Origin: Eledone cirrhosa | Taxonomy: Eukaryota | Direction: 5' to 3' | Length of the DNA: 64,000 nt | Assembly (NCBI GenBank): GCA_964016885.1 | Contig: OZ024751.1 | Span: 21,328,001-21,392,000 of the forward strand | In this document: one piece after another, positions 27,373-41,533 of the stretch | Layout: each line of letters starts with the position of its first letter | How positions within the stretch are numbered: position 1 is the stretch's first letter | The notes under the pieces: model-generated | The model's input: the letters and a program-made list of their open reading frames with translations, nothing else | Told to the model about the DNA's origin: nothing | Database searches by the model: none | Position numbers and translations under genes: made by a program

Positions 27373-28240
27373 CATGGTATGGTGTGGTGTGGTATGGTAT
27401 AGTATGACATGGTATGGTATGGTGTGGTGTGGTATGGTGTGGTATGGTATAGTATGACATGGTATGGTGTGGTGTGGTGTGGTATGGTATAGTATGACAT
27501 GGTATGGTGTGGTGTGGTATGGTATAGTATGACATGGTATGGTATGGTGTGGTGTGGTATGGTATAGTATGACATGGCATGGTATGGTGTGGTGTGCTAT
27601 GGTATAGTATGACAAGGCATGGCATGGTGTGGTGTGGTATGGTATAGTATGACATGGTATGGTATGGTGTGGTGTGCTATGGTATAGTATGACAAGGCAT
27701 GGCATGGTGTGGTGTGGTATGGTATAGTATGACATGGTATGGTATGGTGTGGTGTGGTATGGTGTGGTATGGTATAGTATGACATGGTATGGTATGGTGT
27801 GGTGTGCTATGGTATAGTATGACAAGGCATGGCATGGTGTGGTGTGGTATGGTATAGTATGACATGGTATGGTATGGTGTGGTATGGTGTGGTGTGGTAT
27901 GGTGTGCTATGGTATAGTATGACAAGGCATGGCATGGTGTGGTGTGGTATGGTATAGTATGACATGGTATGGTATGGTGTGGTGTGGTATGGTGTGGTAT
28001 GGTATAGTATGACATGGTATGGTGTGGTGTGGTGTGCTATGGTATAGTATGACATGGTATGGTGTGGTGTGGTATGGTATAGTATGACATGGCATGGTAT
28101 GGTGTGGTGTGCTATGGTATAGTATGACAAGGTATGGTATGGTGTGGTGTGGTATGGTATAGTATGACATGACATGGCATGGTATGGTGTGGTATGGTAT
28201 AGTATGACATGGTATAGTGTGGTGTGGTGTGGTGTGCTAT
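27373..28240. repeat. Pentanucleotide satellite (GGTAT/GGTGT) with higher-order units
   Basis: Strict 5-nt register, with recurrent ggtat-agtat-gacat/gacaa blocks. Confidence 0.95.
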
Positions 28241-29020
28241 TATAGACTACTAGAGTTAGAAATGACACTGACGTTAATCAAAGTGAAAATGTTCATTAAA
28301 ATATTCCAAGTGACTACACTTCGGGTGTTGGTACTGTTCTGCACTAAATAACCTACTAACATATGAAATAAGAGCCATAACTACCACAACAACAACAACA
28401 ACGATAATGACGACTACATCACTATCACTACAAACAATACCACCACAAACAAAAACAACAACAACAACAACAACGACGACGACGACGCCGACAATGACGT
28501 CTGCATCACCATCATCACCACCACCACCAACAACAACAACACCAACAACAGCAATAACAACGAAGACTGCGCTACCATCACCACCCACCTCCAACAACAA
28601 CACCAACAACAGCAATAACAACGACTGCACTACCATCACCACCCACCTCCAACAACAACACCAACAACAGCAATAACAACGACTGCACTACCATCAGCAC
28701 CTCCAACAATAACAACAACAACAGCAATAACAACGAAGACTGCACTACCATCACCACCTCCAACAACACCAACAACAACACCAACAACAACACCAATAAC
28801 AACAACAGCAATAACAACGAAGACTGCACTACCATCACCACCTCCAACAACAACACCAACAACACCAACAACAACAGCAACAACAACAGCAACAACAACT
28901 AAAATAACAATGACACAAAACAGATATTATATATATATATGTGTGTGTGTGTGTTTGTATGCGTTTGTGTGTGTGAGTGTGCGATTGTGTGTATGTATGT
29001 GTATCTCATTCTCTCTCTAC

Positions 29021-29096
<76 letters not shown>

Positions 29097-29271
29097 GGGG
29101 GAGGGGATTTTGTCATTGATCTTTCAGGAAATAGAAAACGAAAGAAAAGTAAAAAAAAAAAGCCAAAACAATAATATATTGAAAAGAAAAAAAAAAAAAA
29201 ATTGCAGCTTGACCAATTTCTATTATCAAAGATCATTCTTGATGTTTGGCATAACTGTGAGTTAGGAATGG

Positions 29272-29359
<88 letters not shown>

Positions 29360-29411
29360 ACAGAGAGTGAGTTACCAATAGCATATATATAAATATATGT
29401 GTGTATAAATG

Positions 29412-29454
<43 letters not shown>

Positions 29455-29497
29455 GTGTGTATGTATATATATATATATATGGATGTATATATATATA

Positions 29498-29542
<45 letters not shown>

Positions 29543-29663
29543 CAGTATGTGTATATCTATGCAGGTATGTATATATAGAGACATATATATATACATATAT
29601 ATGTGTGTATACATACATACCTATATATATATATGTGTGTATGAAAGAAAGCGAGAGTGAGAG

Positions 29664-29744
<81 letters not shown>

Positions 29745-29989
29745 ACAAGGCGTACAGACAGAGTCCTTAGAATGTTGACTAAAATGGTTTGCGGTATACA
29801 TTCTGGATTTGTGCAGTGCCAAGAGTTCAAATCCCGCTGACGTCAACTCTGCCTTTTATCCTTTCGTGATCGATAAATAAAGTATCGATCTAGTACTTCC
29901 TCTGTATCTTGGCACGATAAGAAATCTCGAACAAGGATAAACACCCTAAAGTGCATTTTCCAACTCCTCGATGATTCTTCCAATCCAAC

Positions 29990-30640
29990 AGAAGTAGCAA
30001 CAGCATCACCACCACCACAAGCACCACCACCATCACCACAACAACTACCACCACCACCACCACAACCACCACCACCACCACCACAACCACAACCACCACC
30101 ACCATCACTACCACCACAACAACCACCACCACCACCACCACAACCACCACCACCACCACCACAACCACCACCACCACCACCAACATCACCACAACCACCA
30201 CCACCACCACAACCACCACCACCACCCAACCACCATCACCACCACCACAACCACCACCACAACCACCACCACAACCACTACCACCATCACCACAACCACC
30301 ACCACCACCACCACAACCACCACCACCACCATCACCACCATCACCACCACCACCACCACCACCACCACAACCCCCCCCCCCACCACAACCCCACCACCAC
30401 CACCATCACTACCACCGTCACCACCACCACCACCACCACCACCACCACCACCACCACCACCACCACCTGTTGGTGGTGATGATAATAGTAATGATGATGA
30501 TGTTGACGACGATGATGATCATGATCATGATGCTGATGGTGATGAAGACGATGTTGATGGTGATGATGATGACGACGATGATGTTGATGTTGATGATGTT
30601 GATGGTGACGATGTTGATGATGATGATGATGATGATGTTG
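29990..30640. repeat. (ACC)n followed by (GAT)n low-complexity tract
   Basis: Direct reading. Source of the poly-G/V/W/M ORFs. Confidence 0.9.
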
Positions 30641-30714
30641 ATCATAAGTGTTTCAGATTTAGGCAGAAAGCCAGTACTTTGGAATGAAAGGAATGTCTTC
30701 AAATAATAACAATA

Positions 30715-31705
30715 ATTTCTAATCTAGGCACAAGGCCACGAATTCGGTCGAGGTTGAGGTTAGAAACCGTAAATTATATCAACCCCAGTACATTACTGGT
30801 ACCTTTATTTTATCAACCTTGAAAGGATGAATGACAAAGTTGACCTTGGAAAGGATTTGAACTTAGATCGGTAGTAAATCATGACTAAATGCCACAGTAG
30901 CATTTTATACGATGTCATACCAGTTCTGCTAATCAACCAACTGCCCTATAATAATTGTTTCTACTCTTAGCACAAGGCCAGCAATTATACCAGTACATTA
31001 CTGGTACTTTATTTTATCGACCCCGTAAGGATGAAAGGTAAAGTTAACCTCGGCGGGATTTGATCTCAGAATGGCAAGGGCCGTAACTCTATGCTTCAAA
31101 GCATGGCGTCCGACCCTCTACCGATACTGCCAAACCACCGCGTTTCTGACTTAGACACAAGGCCAACAATTTTGAAGGGAAGATGAATGTCGATTAAATA
31201 AATCCCAGAGTTTTACTGGTACTTTATTTATCGACCCTCTCTCACGTAAAGATCAAAGGCAAAGCTAACCTCGGCGGGATTTGAATTTATCATGCCTGAC
31301 TCTCTAACGATTCTTGCCAATCCATCACCCTTTACTAATGATTTCTTATATAGGCACAAGGCCTGCAATTTTGGGGAGGGGAACATCGATTAAATCGACC
31401 CCAGTATATTTCTGGTGCTTTATTTTATCGACCCCGTAAGGATGAAAGTTAACCGCGGTGGGATTTGAACTCAAACCGTAAAGGACCGTAACTCTATGCT
31501 GCAAAGCATGGTGTCAGACTTTCTACCGATACTGCAACTCCACCGCCCTATCGCCCTTTAATAATGGTTTCTGATTTAGACACAAGGCCAACAATTTTGG
31601 GGGAGGGGAAAGTTGATTAAATCGACCCCAAAGCGTTACTGGTACTATATTTTATCAACCCTATAAAGATGAAAGGCAAAGCTAACCTGTGGGGTTTGAA
31701 CTCAT
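30715..31705 (-). mobile_element. SINE family 1, head-to-tail array of five copies
   Basis: Units begin at about 30715, 30955, 31141, 31340 and 31565. Confidence 0.85.
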
Positions 31706-31774
31706 ACAACTAAATACCACGTCTCGTTATCCAACCTCATACCAATTCTACCAATCAACAGTAATAAAAATAGT

Positions 31775-32432
<658 letters not shown>

Positions 32433-32760
32433 ACTCATGTTTCTTTAATACAAGTTACTATGCACACAAGCTAAAGCTTAATAGGACATTTATTCTTCTA
32501 CAAACAAAATAGCTAGTAATCACGTGTTAAAAAGCAGGAACTTCTGGGAGATTCTGACTGATAATTTCCATAATAATGATAGAGTCCAGGGAGACTATTT
32601 GTACATTATGGTGGAATCAGGAGCACATTAGCACTGATGCCAATTGAAAATCTCCGTTCTTTTGATACATTGAAATCAAAGGACTGAAGAATATTATCAG
32701 ATTTCGAAATCTGGATTTCATAGCTAATGTACTTCAAAAACAAGAATTTATATATATACG

Positions 32761-32797
<37 letters not shown>

Positions 32798-32804
32798 TTG
32801 TATG

Positions 32805-32867
<63 letters not shown>

Positions 32868-32942
32868 ATGTATGTATATATATATATATATATTTATATA
32901 TTTGTATGTATGTATATATATATGTATATATATGTATATATG

Positions 32943-33019
<77 letters not shown>

Positions 33020-33124
33020 TTGTATGTAAGTATATATATATGTATATATATATTTATATATATATGTATATATATATGTATATATGTATGTATATATATA
33101 TATATTTATATATTTGTATGTATG

Positions 33125-33171
<47 letters not shown>

Positions 33172-33240
33172 AGTATTATCCACGATGACAAAGTTAATTG
33201 ATTCCTACCAAGATACAGCAGCTACGTGTGGAAGAAAGAA

Positions 33241-33325
<85 letters not shown>

Positions 33326-33357
33326 CAAGAATAAGTACATATATATATATATATATT

Positions 33358-33394
<37 letters not shown>

Positions 33395-33534
33395 TTTTAT
33401 AGATGTCTATGCTTATAGACTATTTCCACTAATTACATACATCCATACGTGTGTGTGCGTGTGCGTGTGTGTGTGTGTGTGCGTGCGTGCGTGTGTGTGT
33501 GTGTGTGTAAGAGTGTGAGTGTATGTGTGTTTCT

Positions 33535-33566
<32 letters not shown>

Positions 33567-34654
33567 GAGTGTATGTGTGTAGTGTGTGAGTGCTTCTGAA
33601 CATAGAAATACATTTATATATACCACAAGCGACATACAGAGAGAAGAGGAGAGAGAGAGAGAGAGAGAGAGGGGAAGAGAGAGAGAGAGTGAGTGAATAT
33701 AAATGTGTGATGAATAGTCATATCTGACATTGCATTCGATCTATAGTCTGTATCTTCCCCAATCAGAATGGTCTTTTGAGAGCTAATGTTCAACACTAGT
33801 TTTTAAGATATTCTCTAGATTAGATTGATATATTCCCCAGGATACAATATTGCTCCATTACAGTTATTATCAATTCCTGCTTTTGTGAATATCTGGTTCA
33901 TTTAGTAAGTAAGTGGTCCTAGTTTCCATTCATCCATCCGTTTATTCATCTTATTGACCCGTAGCTGGAGGATTTACTAGCTTTTACCATTGCCTCAGGT
34001 GGTCGAATTGGTAGAGTCGTTAGAACGTCGGGTAGAATGCTTTGCGCTATTCGTTCCGACTCTCTGCTCTCTGAGTTCAAATTCTGCCGAGGTCAACTGT
34101 GCTTTTCATCCTTTCGAGATCGATAAAAAAAAGTACAAGTCTAGTATTTGAGATCGATTCCTCCTCTGTGTCTTTATCTCACTTCCTCTCTCTCTCTCTC
34201 TCTCTCACTTTCTATCCTTCTCACAAAGAAATTTTAGTGTTCAGACCTGGTGAAGCATGGCCTCCGCCAGACATGAATGCGCAAGAAACGCCGTATGACA
34301 CTACGGAGCCCATACGACCCCATCAGGAGCCCATACGACCCCATCAGGAGCCCATACGACCCCATACATATAGTTATCATAGCCTCGGGGAGATCAAGTC
34401 CCTTACGTGTGAATATTAGATAAACGAAAACTGTGCTTAAGTCAGTCCGAGGAACTGTGAATGAGAAGTACCTTTAACAAACATTCGTCCATTCACCCTT
34501 CCATTCATCCATGCATGCATTTATCAATCTAACCATCCAATCAGCAGCCAGCCGGACAGCCATCTATCAATCCATCAATTCACCTATCCATCCATCAATC
34601 CACCCAACCAACCATCCATCCGCCCATTCATCCAACCATCCATCTTTCTATCCA

Positions 34655-34897
34655 ACCAGCCAGCGAGCCAGACAACCAGCCAGCCAGCCAGACAACCAGC
34701 CAGCGAGCCAGACAACCAACCAGCCAGCAAGACAACCAGCCAGCCAGCCAGACAACCAGCCAGCTAGCCAGACAACCAGCCAGCCAGACAACCAGCCAGC
34801 CAGCCAGACAACCAGCCAGCCAGACAACCAGCCAGCCAGCCAGACAACCAACCAGCCAGCCAGACAACCAGCCAGCCAGCCAGACAACCAGCCAGCC
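34655..34897. repeat. (CCAG)n/ccagacaa compound repeat; 21-bp x3 repeat nearby at about 34306-34363
   Basis: Direct reading. Confidence 0.9.
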
Positions 34898-35231
34898 ATC
34901 CATCTATCCCTCTATTCCTCTATCCATCCATCCTTCCCACAATGCAATACCATCAACTTGAACCAATATCATCTACAATAGCCACGTGTAGACCAAACCC
35001 TCGTGAGGGGAAATTGAATGGTCGCAAACTGTACTAAAGTTATGTCTGAGTAGGGCTTGGACGGTACCTATATTTGGGGATGGGCGGTAGAATTTAGTTT
35101 GTAGCCGTCGCTCGGTTTTCCACATCCCCACCCTATTTGGCCCCTGAATACTATTAGTGAAGTCCTATCTGTTGCAAAATATTCATACCAAGTTTCCAGT
35201 CTGAAAAACATTAAGTTAGCTCGGGTCCTAC

Positions 35232-35279
<48 letters not shown>

Positions 35280-35757
35280 TGTCACCATCATCATCATCAT
35301 CATCCTTATCATCATCATCATCATCACCATCACCACCACCATTAAAATCATCATCATCACCATAAGAGTAATTAATTTAAAATGCTATCAGCTTCAAAAT
35401 CTGATTAACAAAAATGGCTGGTTGCAAGGCATATTTCTTTTTTCTCCCAAGAAAGATTACAGCAGCATTTAATGTAATTCTGAGAATCAAAGTAGTTTTT
35501 TTTCTTTTTAGATTTCATCTTTGATTTGTTTTTGTTTTTTTGTTCTCTATCACCACCACCACCAACAACAACAACAACAACATCAACAATACCAACAACA
35601 ACAACACCAACAACAATAGCAACAACAACAACACCAACATCAACACCACCAACAACAACATCAACAACAACAACAATACCATCAACTACACTCACACCAC
35701 CACCACCAACAACAACACCAACATCAACAACACCATCAACATCAACAACACCACCAC

Positions 35758-35789
<32 letters not shown>

Positions 35790-36017
35790 CCATCAACTAC
35801 ACTCACACCACTCACACCACCACCAACAACAACAACACCAGCACCAATATCACCACCACCACCACCAACAACAACAACACCAACACCAACACCCAGCCAA
35901 ATACCAACCCATATTTTCTAGTATTTAATAAGAATGCAACGATGTTCTGTTAAATCTATCAATAAGAATTTAAATACTAAAGACATATATACAGATTGAA
36001 CAAAAAATAATAATAAT

Positions 36018-36320
36018 TGTTTCTACTTTTGGCACAAGGCCAACAATTACCTCAGTGCATTACTGGTACTTTATTTTATCGACCCCGTGAGGATGAAAGG
36101 CAAAGTTAACCTCGGCAAGATTTGAACTCAGAATGGCAAGGGCCGTAACTCTATACGTCAAAGCATGGCGTCCTACCCTCTACCGATACTGCCAATAATT
36201 GTTTCTACTTTTGGCACAAGGCCAGCAATTACCCAGTGCATTACTGGTACTTTATTTCATCGACCCCATAAGGATGAAAGGCAAAGTTAACTTCGGCGAG
36301 ATTTGAACTCAGAATGGCAA
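36018..36320 (-). mobile_element. SINE family 1, two tandem copies
   Basis: Consensus motifs, joined at aataatt. Confidence 0.85.
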
Positions 36321-36692
36321 AAAATAATAATAATAATAATAATGATTTCATTTATTAGCCACAAGGGCCGACATGTAATAATAACAATAATAAACCTAAC
36401 AGAAGACAGACATATTATTCCATTATTATTATTGAATTAACAAAAAATATTTTTTGCTCATTTTCTCCTTATCACATTTTCTTGTAATGGGAATTTTATT
36501 GTGAAAGATTCTCTGTTTATTATCATAGCTAAAGAAATTATTATTATTAGTTGTAGTAATAATAATTATTATTGTTGTTGTTGCCATTATTATTGTTGTT
36601 GTTATTAGCATCATCATCATCATTATAGTTTAGATATCAACCTATCCACGTTAGCTCACTATCTAACTACATTCTCTAAATAACTATCACTG

Positions 36693-36735
<43 letters not shown>

Positions 36736-36886
36736 TTATCTATCTATCTTTCTATTTATCTATCTCTCTCTCTATATATTATATATATATCTATCTGTAT
36801 GTATGTTATCTCTTTCTCTTAATTTCAAGTATATTTTTTTGACCGGCCACCTTCCTGGTGGCAAGGTTGTAAAAGAAAAGAAATTG

Positions 36887-37490
36887 TCATCCCTTGAATC
36901 GCAAGAATGTTTTGCAAATTTTGAAGGTGCCAGCTATCGCAGCCATTTGTAGACTATGAATTAGGGAGCTGCGCTCTTTGTTCGCAAATCCAAGTTCAGC
37001 CATACTTTGGTCCAAGCGGGTTGGTATATAACCCGTAGCTCCAATAATGATGGGTATGTATCTTGGATACTGGATTTGTAAACTCCTCATTAATGGTCCG
37101 TAGATGTCCTCCTTCTCCTGTATTTTTCTGACAACGTTTACATCAAGTGGGCAGCTGATCTCCACAACAGAACACGTTTTCAATGTGTGGTCCCAAACAA
37201 CAATATCAGGCCGGTTGTGCTTTAATTTGGTGGCAGTTTTTATTTTCAGGTTCCACCAGTATTCCTTAGTGCCATCTGTCTCAATATATTCTTCCTCGTT
37301 TGTTGTTAATTTTGTTTTCCGAAGTGCGTTCCAGATGGTTCTAGCTATCCCATCGTCTCTCATGAGGAGGTAGTAGCGAGATGACATTCTTTCGCAGCTG
37401 GCAACAATGTGGCTTACATCCTCGATCTTTGTGTTACATAGCCTACATTTATTGTCAGCTGATGGCCCTCCCCTTTTGTGCAGCAGATAC
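36887..37490 (-). pseudogene. CCHC zinc knuckle and restriction-like (PD-(D/E)xK) endonuclease of an R4/Dong-type LINE
   Basis: CRLC..EDVSHIVASC, WWN, HNRPDIVVWD..CSVVEISCP, EKEDIYGPL, PIIIGATGYIP. The upstream start of the predicted ORF is a product of the deletion junction. Confidence 0.9.
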
Positions 37491-38284
37491 TTCGTCTCAG
37501 GGACAAAATTTTGCTTTTTAAATTTCGCATCCACGCTGGTTCAGGCTTTTTGTGTGTATCTTGATTGCGTGGTTTTAGATGTGTGTTATATGATAGCAAT
37601 GTGACAGCTGAAACATATAACAAAATATTAAGCGTTTCAAATGTCGTTTCTACACCTTTAGATCGTATAGCCTTCAGATAATTGTCAGCTATTTCCTTCA
37701 CCGCTTCCAATTCCAATTTAGTGGGTTCTTTACTGATTCTGGTGTTGTATGGTTTGTCACTCACATTAAGGCTGTGTATCTCTTGAAACATATCGTCCCA
37801 TATCACTTGTAAGATGTCCACAAGTTTTTGGTGTTCTATTTGTACAGTAGTCATGAATTTCAGCCTCGTTGTTGATGTGGTGACAATTACTACTAGAGTT
37901 AGCTGACCATTTTCGCTGTTCTTCAGTGGAAGTGGGATGGATTTCAGCAAAATTGTTGGTGAGCTGTTCACTGTTAGATTTAGCTGGCCATTCTCTTTGT
38001 CTGTCAGTGGAGGTGGGGTGGTTGTCTACAAGGGCTGTATTTGTAGTATCACTCAATTCCGTTAAATGTATCAATTTACATCTAATGATACGTTTTGCCT
38101 GTTCATTTAAATTCTTTGGAGAAAAGTCTAATTCTGGGTGTTTGGAGTTCCATAAAGTTTTTAGCCTTTGCATGAAACCGAACTTTTGGGGTTCAGATTG
38201 TTTGTATGCTTCATATAATTCTTTGTTAAGCTCGTAGCTCCACTGTATACAACGGTTGTAGTTGCGATTTGTACATTTTGCCAT
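37490..38284 (-). pseudogene. N-terminal region of the same LINE ORF, frameshifted
   Basis: IQWSYELNKELYEAYKQSEP..GFMQRLKTLW..P..LNEQAKRII and LNILLYVSAVT...PAWMRNLKSKILSLR resemble R4/Dong N-terminal motifs. Reading continues across one frameshift. Confidence 0.75.
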
Positions 38285-39047
38285 GATGAGTTCGTCTATT
38301 CACTAATATTTTGCATTTATTTTTCAAAATAGTCGATGATCTTCTTTAAATGTTTCGACAAAGTTCTGTCAGAATCAAATTTAAAGTTATTCACAACTTG
38401 GGTAATATTTCTTTTCAGTTAGTTTGTATTTCTACAACTGTGTTTTAAACGTTGTTCTTGAATCGTTTGAATCGAGAACAAAAAAAACAAACCGTTACTT
38501 AGTATATTTCTTTATGAATGTAATATAATATAACAACGCTGTATTTATATGTTAAAGTTTATGTATCATTCATATAAATAGGTGTTCTACAACTTATTCA
38601 CAAAATATTCACAGTTCAAACACTTATGTTTTTGTTTCTGAATCGAAAATGTTACTTGCATATTTCTTTATAAATGTAATATAACAACGTTGCATTTATA
38701 TGTTAAAGTGTATGTATCGTTCATATATCATAAGTGTATGTATCGTTCATATATCATAAGTGTATGTATCATTCATATAAATAGGTGTTTTACAACACAC
38801 AGTTCAAACACTTATGTAGAATTATTATATGTAATCTTATCGCGTAATGTAGCTCAACTTTTTCCAATATATGGTATGTTGCCTTCATGTAAGCCGTAAT
38901 TACACACGTCCGATTATCGGACACTGACCACAACGGTCGCCATTGTATATGTATGTATGTGTGTGTGTATGTATGCATGCATGTAAGTATGTATCCATCT
39001 ATGTATGAGTATGTATATGTATGTATGTATGGATCTATATATATATA

Positions 39048-39639
39048 ACCTGTCTCATGGTCGGGTCGTTGGCGACTAAACTGGCAACCCCACCAAGGTT
39101 TCTTGGTGAGGAGGGTGACTTTGGACATCCTGCAGGACTAAAAACAAAACCTGTCAAAGGGCAAAGGAGCTCTTAAGAGTCAATGGCCATCCAAAATCAC
39201 CGGGAGAGATGACCCCTTTAGCCTTAGTCAAGGCAGAATTCTAGGAGAAGGAAAACTCTGATATAACACCTGCAACCCTGATGGTATCCAATGATGTTGA
39301 CTTGTTCTTCTTTTTGGTAAATAGCATCTTGGTTAAGAGAGTGGGACTGGCTTTGTGCAGTGCCTTTGCTCACTATAAAAGCTTCACGGCACAGGCATTG
39401 CTTTATATCTGGAGATCTCTCTGCACTTGTCCTCACATGGGCCCAGCACTATGTGTCAATAATTGTCCTACCATGGGCCTAGCACTATGTGTCAATGATT
39501 GTCACAGGTGTAGTGTTTGTACCAGAGGTTTCAAGTCGCTGGCTGGACTAAAAAGTCACACTCGTTCAGCGCTTCGGTAGGGGTTATCCTACATGGATGT
39601 AAAGTAGTGGCCGTACTCGAAAACGAGTTGGCAGCCACC
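39048..39639 (+). mobile_element. Bipartite non-autonomous RTE-type element (5' UTR fused to 3' end)
   Basis: RTE-like UTR motif ggagaaggaaaactctga, then [22 protein letters not shown] (C-terminal zinc-finger-like motif), ending in (TA)n. Second copy at 63646-64000. Confidence 0.65.
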
Positions 39640-39664
39640 ATATATATATATATGTATATATATG

Positions 39665-39719
<55 letters not shown>

Positions 39720-39724
39720 ATATA

Positions 39725-39787
<63 letters not shown>

Positions 39788-39972
39788 ATGTATATGTGTA
39801 TGTATGTATTATGTAGGTAGGTAGATATGCATGTATGCATGTATATATGTATATACGTATACATGTATACATGTATATGCGTATATATGTATATATGTAT
39901 ATATGTATGCCTGTACTTTCATATTCCTAACAGTTAAAAATAGTTTAGCCCTTAATACACGAAACTAAATAA

Positions 39973-40160
39973 TTGTTTCTACTTTTGGCACAAGGCCAGC
40001 AATTACCCAGTGTATTACTGGTACTTTATTTTATCGACCCCGTAAGGATGAAAGGCAAAGTTAACCTCGGCGGGATTTGAACTGAGAATGGCAAGGGCCG
40101 TAACTCTATGCTACAAAGCATGGCGTCCGACCCTCTACCGATACTGCCAACCCACCGCCA
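39973..40160 (-). mobile_element. SINE family 1 (further copies at 42106-42430 and 43483-43670)
   Basis: Full-length short variant with A and B boxes. Confidence 0.85.
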
Positions 40161-40589
40161 TACACGAAACCAAATAATGAGCCTGTATATTATATGAAGA
40201 TTAGAAATGAAAATATTTTGTAGGTCACCATAATTGCTATAATTAAATAAGAAAAACAACTAGGGAACAACTATGACATAGATTAACTGGCTAGAAATAG
40301 CAGCCGAATCACCCTCAAACCACACCCTACCCATTTAAATAATTCAATGGCATATTTGGTAATGTAGTCTAAAATAGAGAATATTAAAAGGAAAAAAAGT
40401 CTAGAATACCTTTGCTGATGAGTTTACTGGATAAGGGCTGACTGAGGCTAATTAACAATGACAACAACAATGGTAACAACAACAACAATAAATATAATAT
40501 AAAGAAGAAAGAACCAAGAAAGCAATATATACGTGTGTGTGTATATATATATACATAAATATATACATATATATACGTACACACACATG

Positions 40590-40630
<41 letters not shown>

Positions 40631-40862
40631 GTATATATATATATATTTCGTTTCTGAATTTGTTTAGCAAGATTCTTTATCTGAAAACGTGTGTTGAAAC
40701 CGATATTGTTATGCTTTGGGAGGGTCATGTTGCCAATAAGAAACACACGCACCAGTTGCTTTCACTTCAATTTATTATAAATTAAATTTATAAATTTAAG
40801 AATTTATAAATTTCCGGCTGGTTGGTTGGTTGGTTCCACAACCAGACGATTGTTCATATATT

Positions 40863-40905
40863 GTCAAAGTTCTTTCGTCACACATTATGTGACCTCTTCA
40901 GTGAC
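40863..40905 (-). ncRNA. Minimal type I hammerhead ribozyme in the 3' region of a PLE remnant
   Basis: Minus strand GTCA-CTGAAGA-G-GTCACAT aat GTGTGAC-GAAA-GAAC-T-T-TGAC. Very short stem III and a non-optimal CUU triplet. Confidence 0.72.
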
Positions 40906-41093
40906 TGGGGATTCTTTTCTTTGTTTTTCTGCCTCTCCTTTGTTCTGTCCTACGCCATCTTGTTTTTGTGTGTGCTGTGTGCTTAGTTTGCGCATGTGTT
41001 ACATCCGGGTGCCTGTGTGTGTTTATATTTGTTTATTGATTTATTTATTTACATGTTACTGGCTGGTTGTTTGTTCTATGTGTGTGTGTGTTT

Positions 41094-41219
41094 TCATTTT
41101 GTCCTTAATTGTAAAGTTGTGATGTTGCTATTCCATTCATGTTTTCTATTTAATTTTGGTTGGAGTTCATTTATGTTTATTGCATCTGTGATTTGTCTAA
41201 ACATTGCGTCTTTTCTGTG
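41094..41219 (-). pseudogene. PLE GIY-YIG endonuclease C-terminal remnant
   Basis: Translates HRKDAMFRQITDAININELQPKLNRKHEWNSNITTLQLRTK*, matching the R-x-I-x-(E/D)A-x-x-I...P-x-LN-x-K-x-EW end typical of PLE GIY-YIG domains. Confidence 0.75.
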
Positions 41220-41256
41220 CTATCATACCATGAGTTTATTCTATTAACCAAATCCT

Positions 41257-41330
<74 letters not shown>

Positions 41331-41438
41331 TAAAATAACAGATTAAAGTTTAAGCAAAGAATCGCTGCTTATTACTATATATATATATATATATAGATAT
41401 AGGTATAGATATAGAGATAGATAGATAGAGATAGATAG

Positions 41439-41533
<95 letters not shown>

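Larger units (their letters stand above)
36806..38944 (-). mobile_element. R4/Dong-type non-LTR retrotransposon, internally deleted (no RT)
   Basis: 5' UTR, N-terminal ORF pieces (37766-38284, 37414-37971) and C-terminal CCHC plus RLE domain. Both ends abut tgtatgtatg repeats. Confidence 0.85.
40648..41258 (-). mobile_element. 5'-truncated Penelope-like element: endonuclease C-terminus, 3' UTR, HHR and tail
   Basis: Coding remnant at 41094-41219, HHR at 40863-40905, (TA)n on both sides. Tail pieces recur at 17665-17714 and 20393-20440. Confidence 0.75.

Noticed and set aside
32684-32720. CTGAAGA...GAAA as a hammerhead
   Set aside because: Stem II does not pair convincingly, and the site is not in a (TA)n-bounded repeat island.
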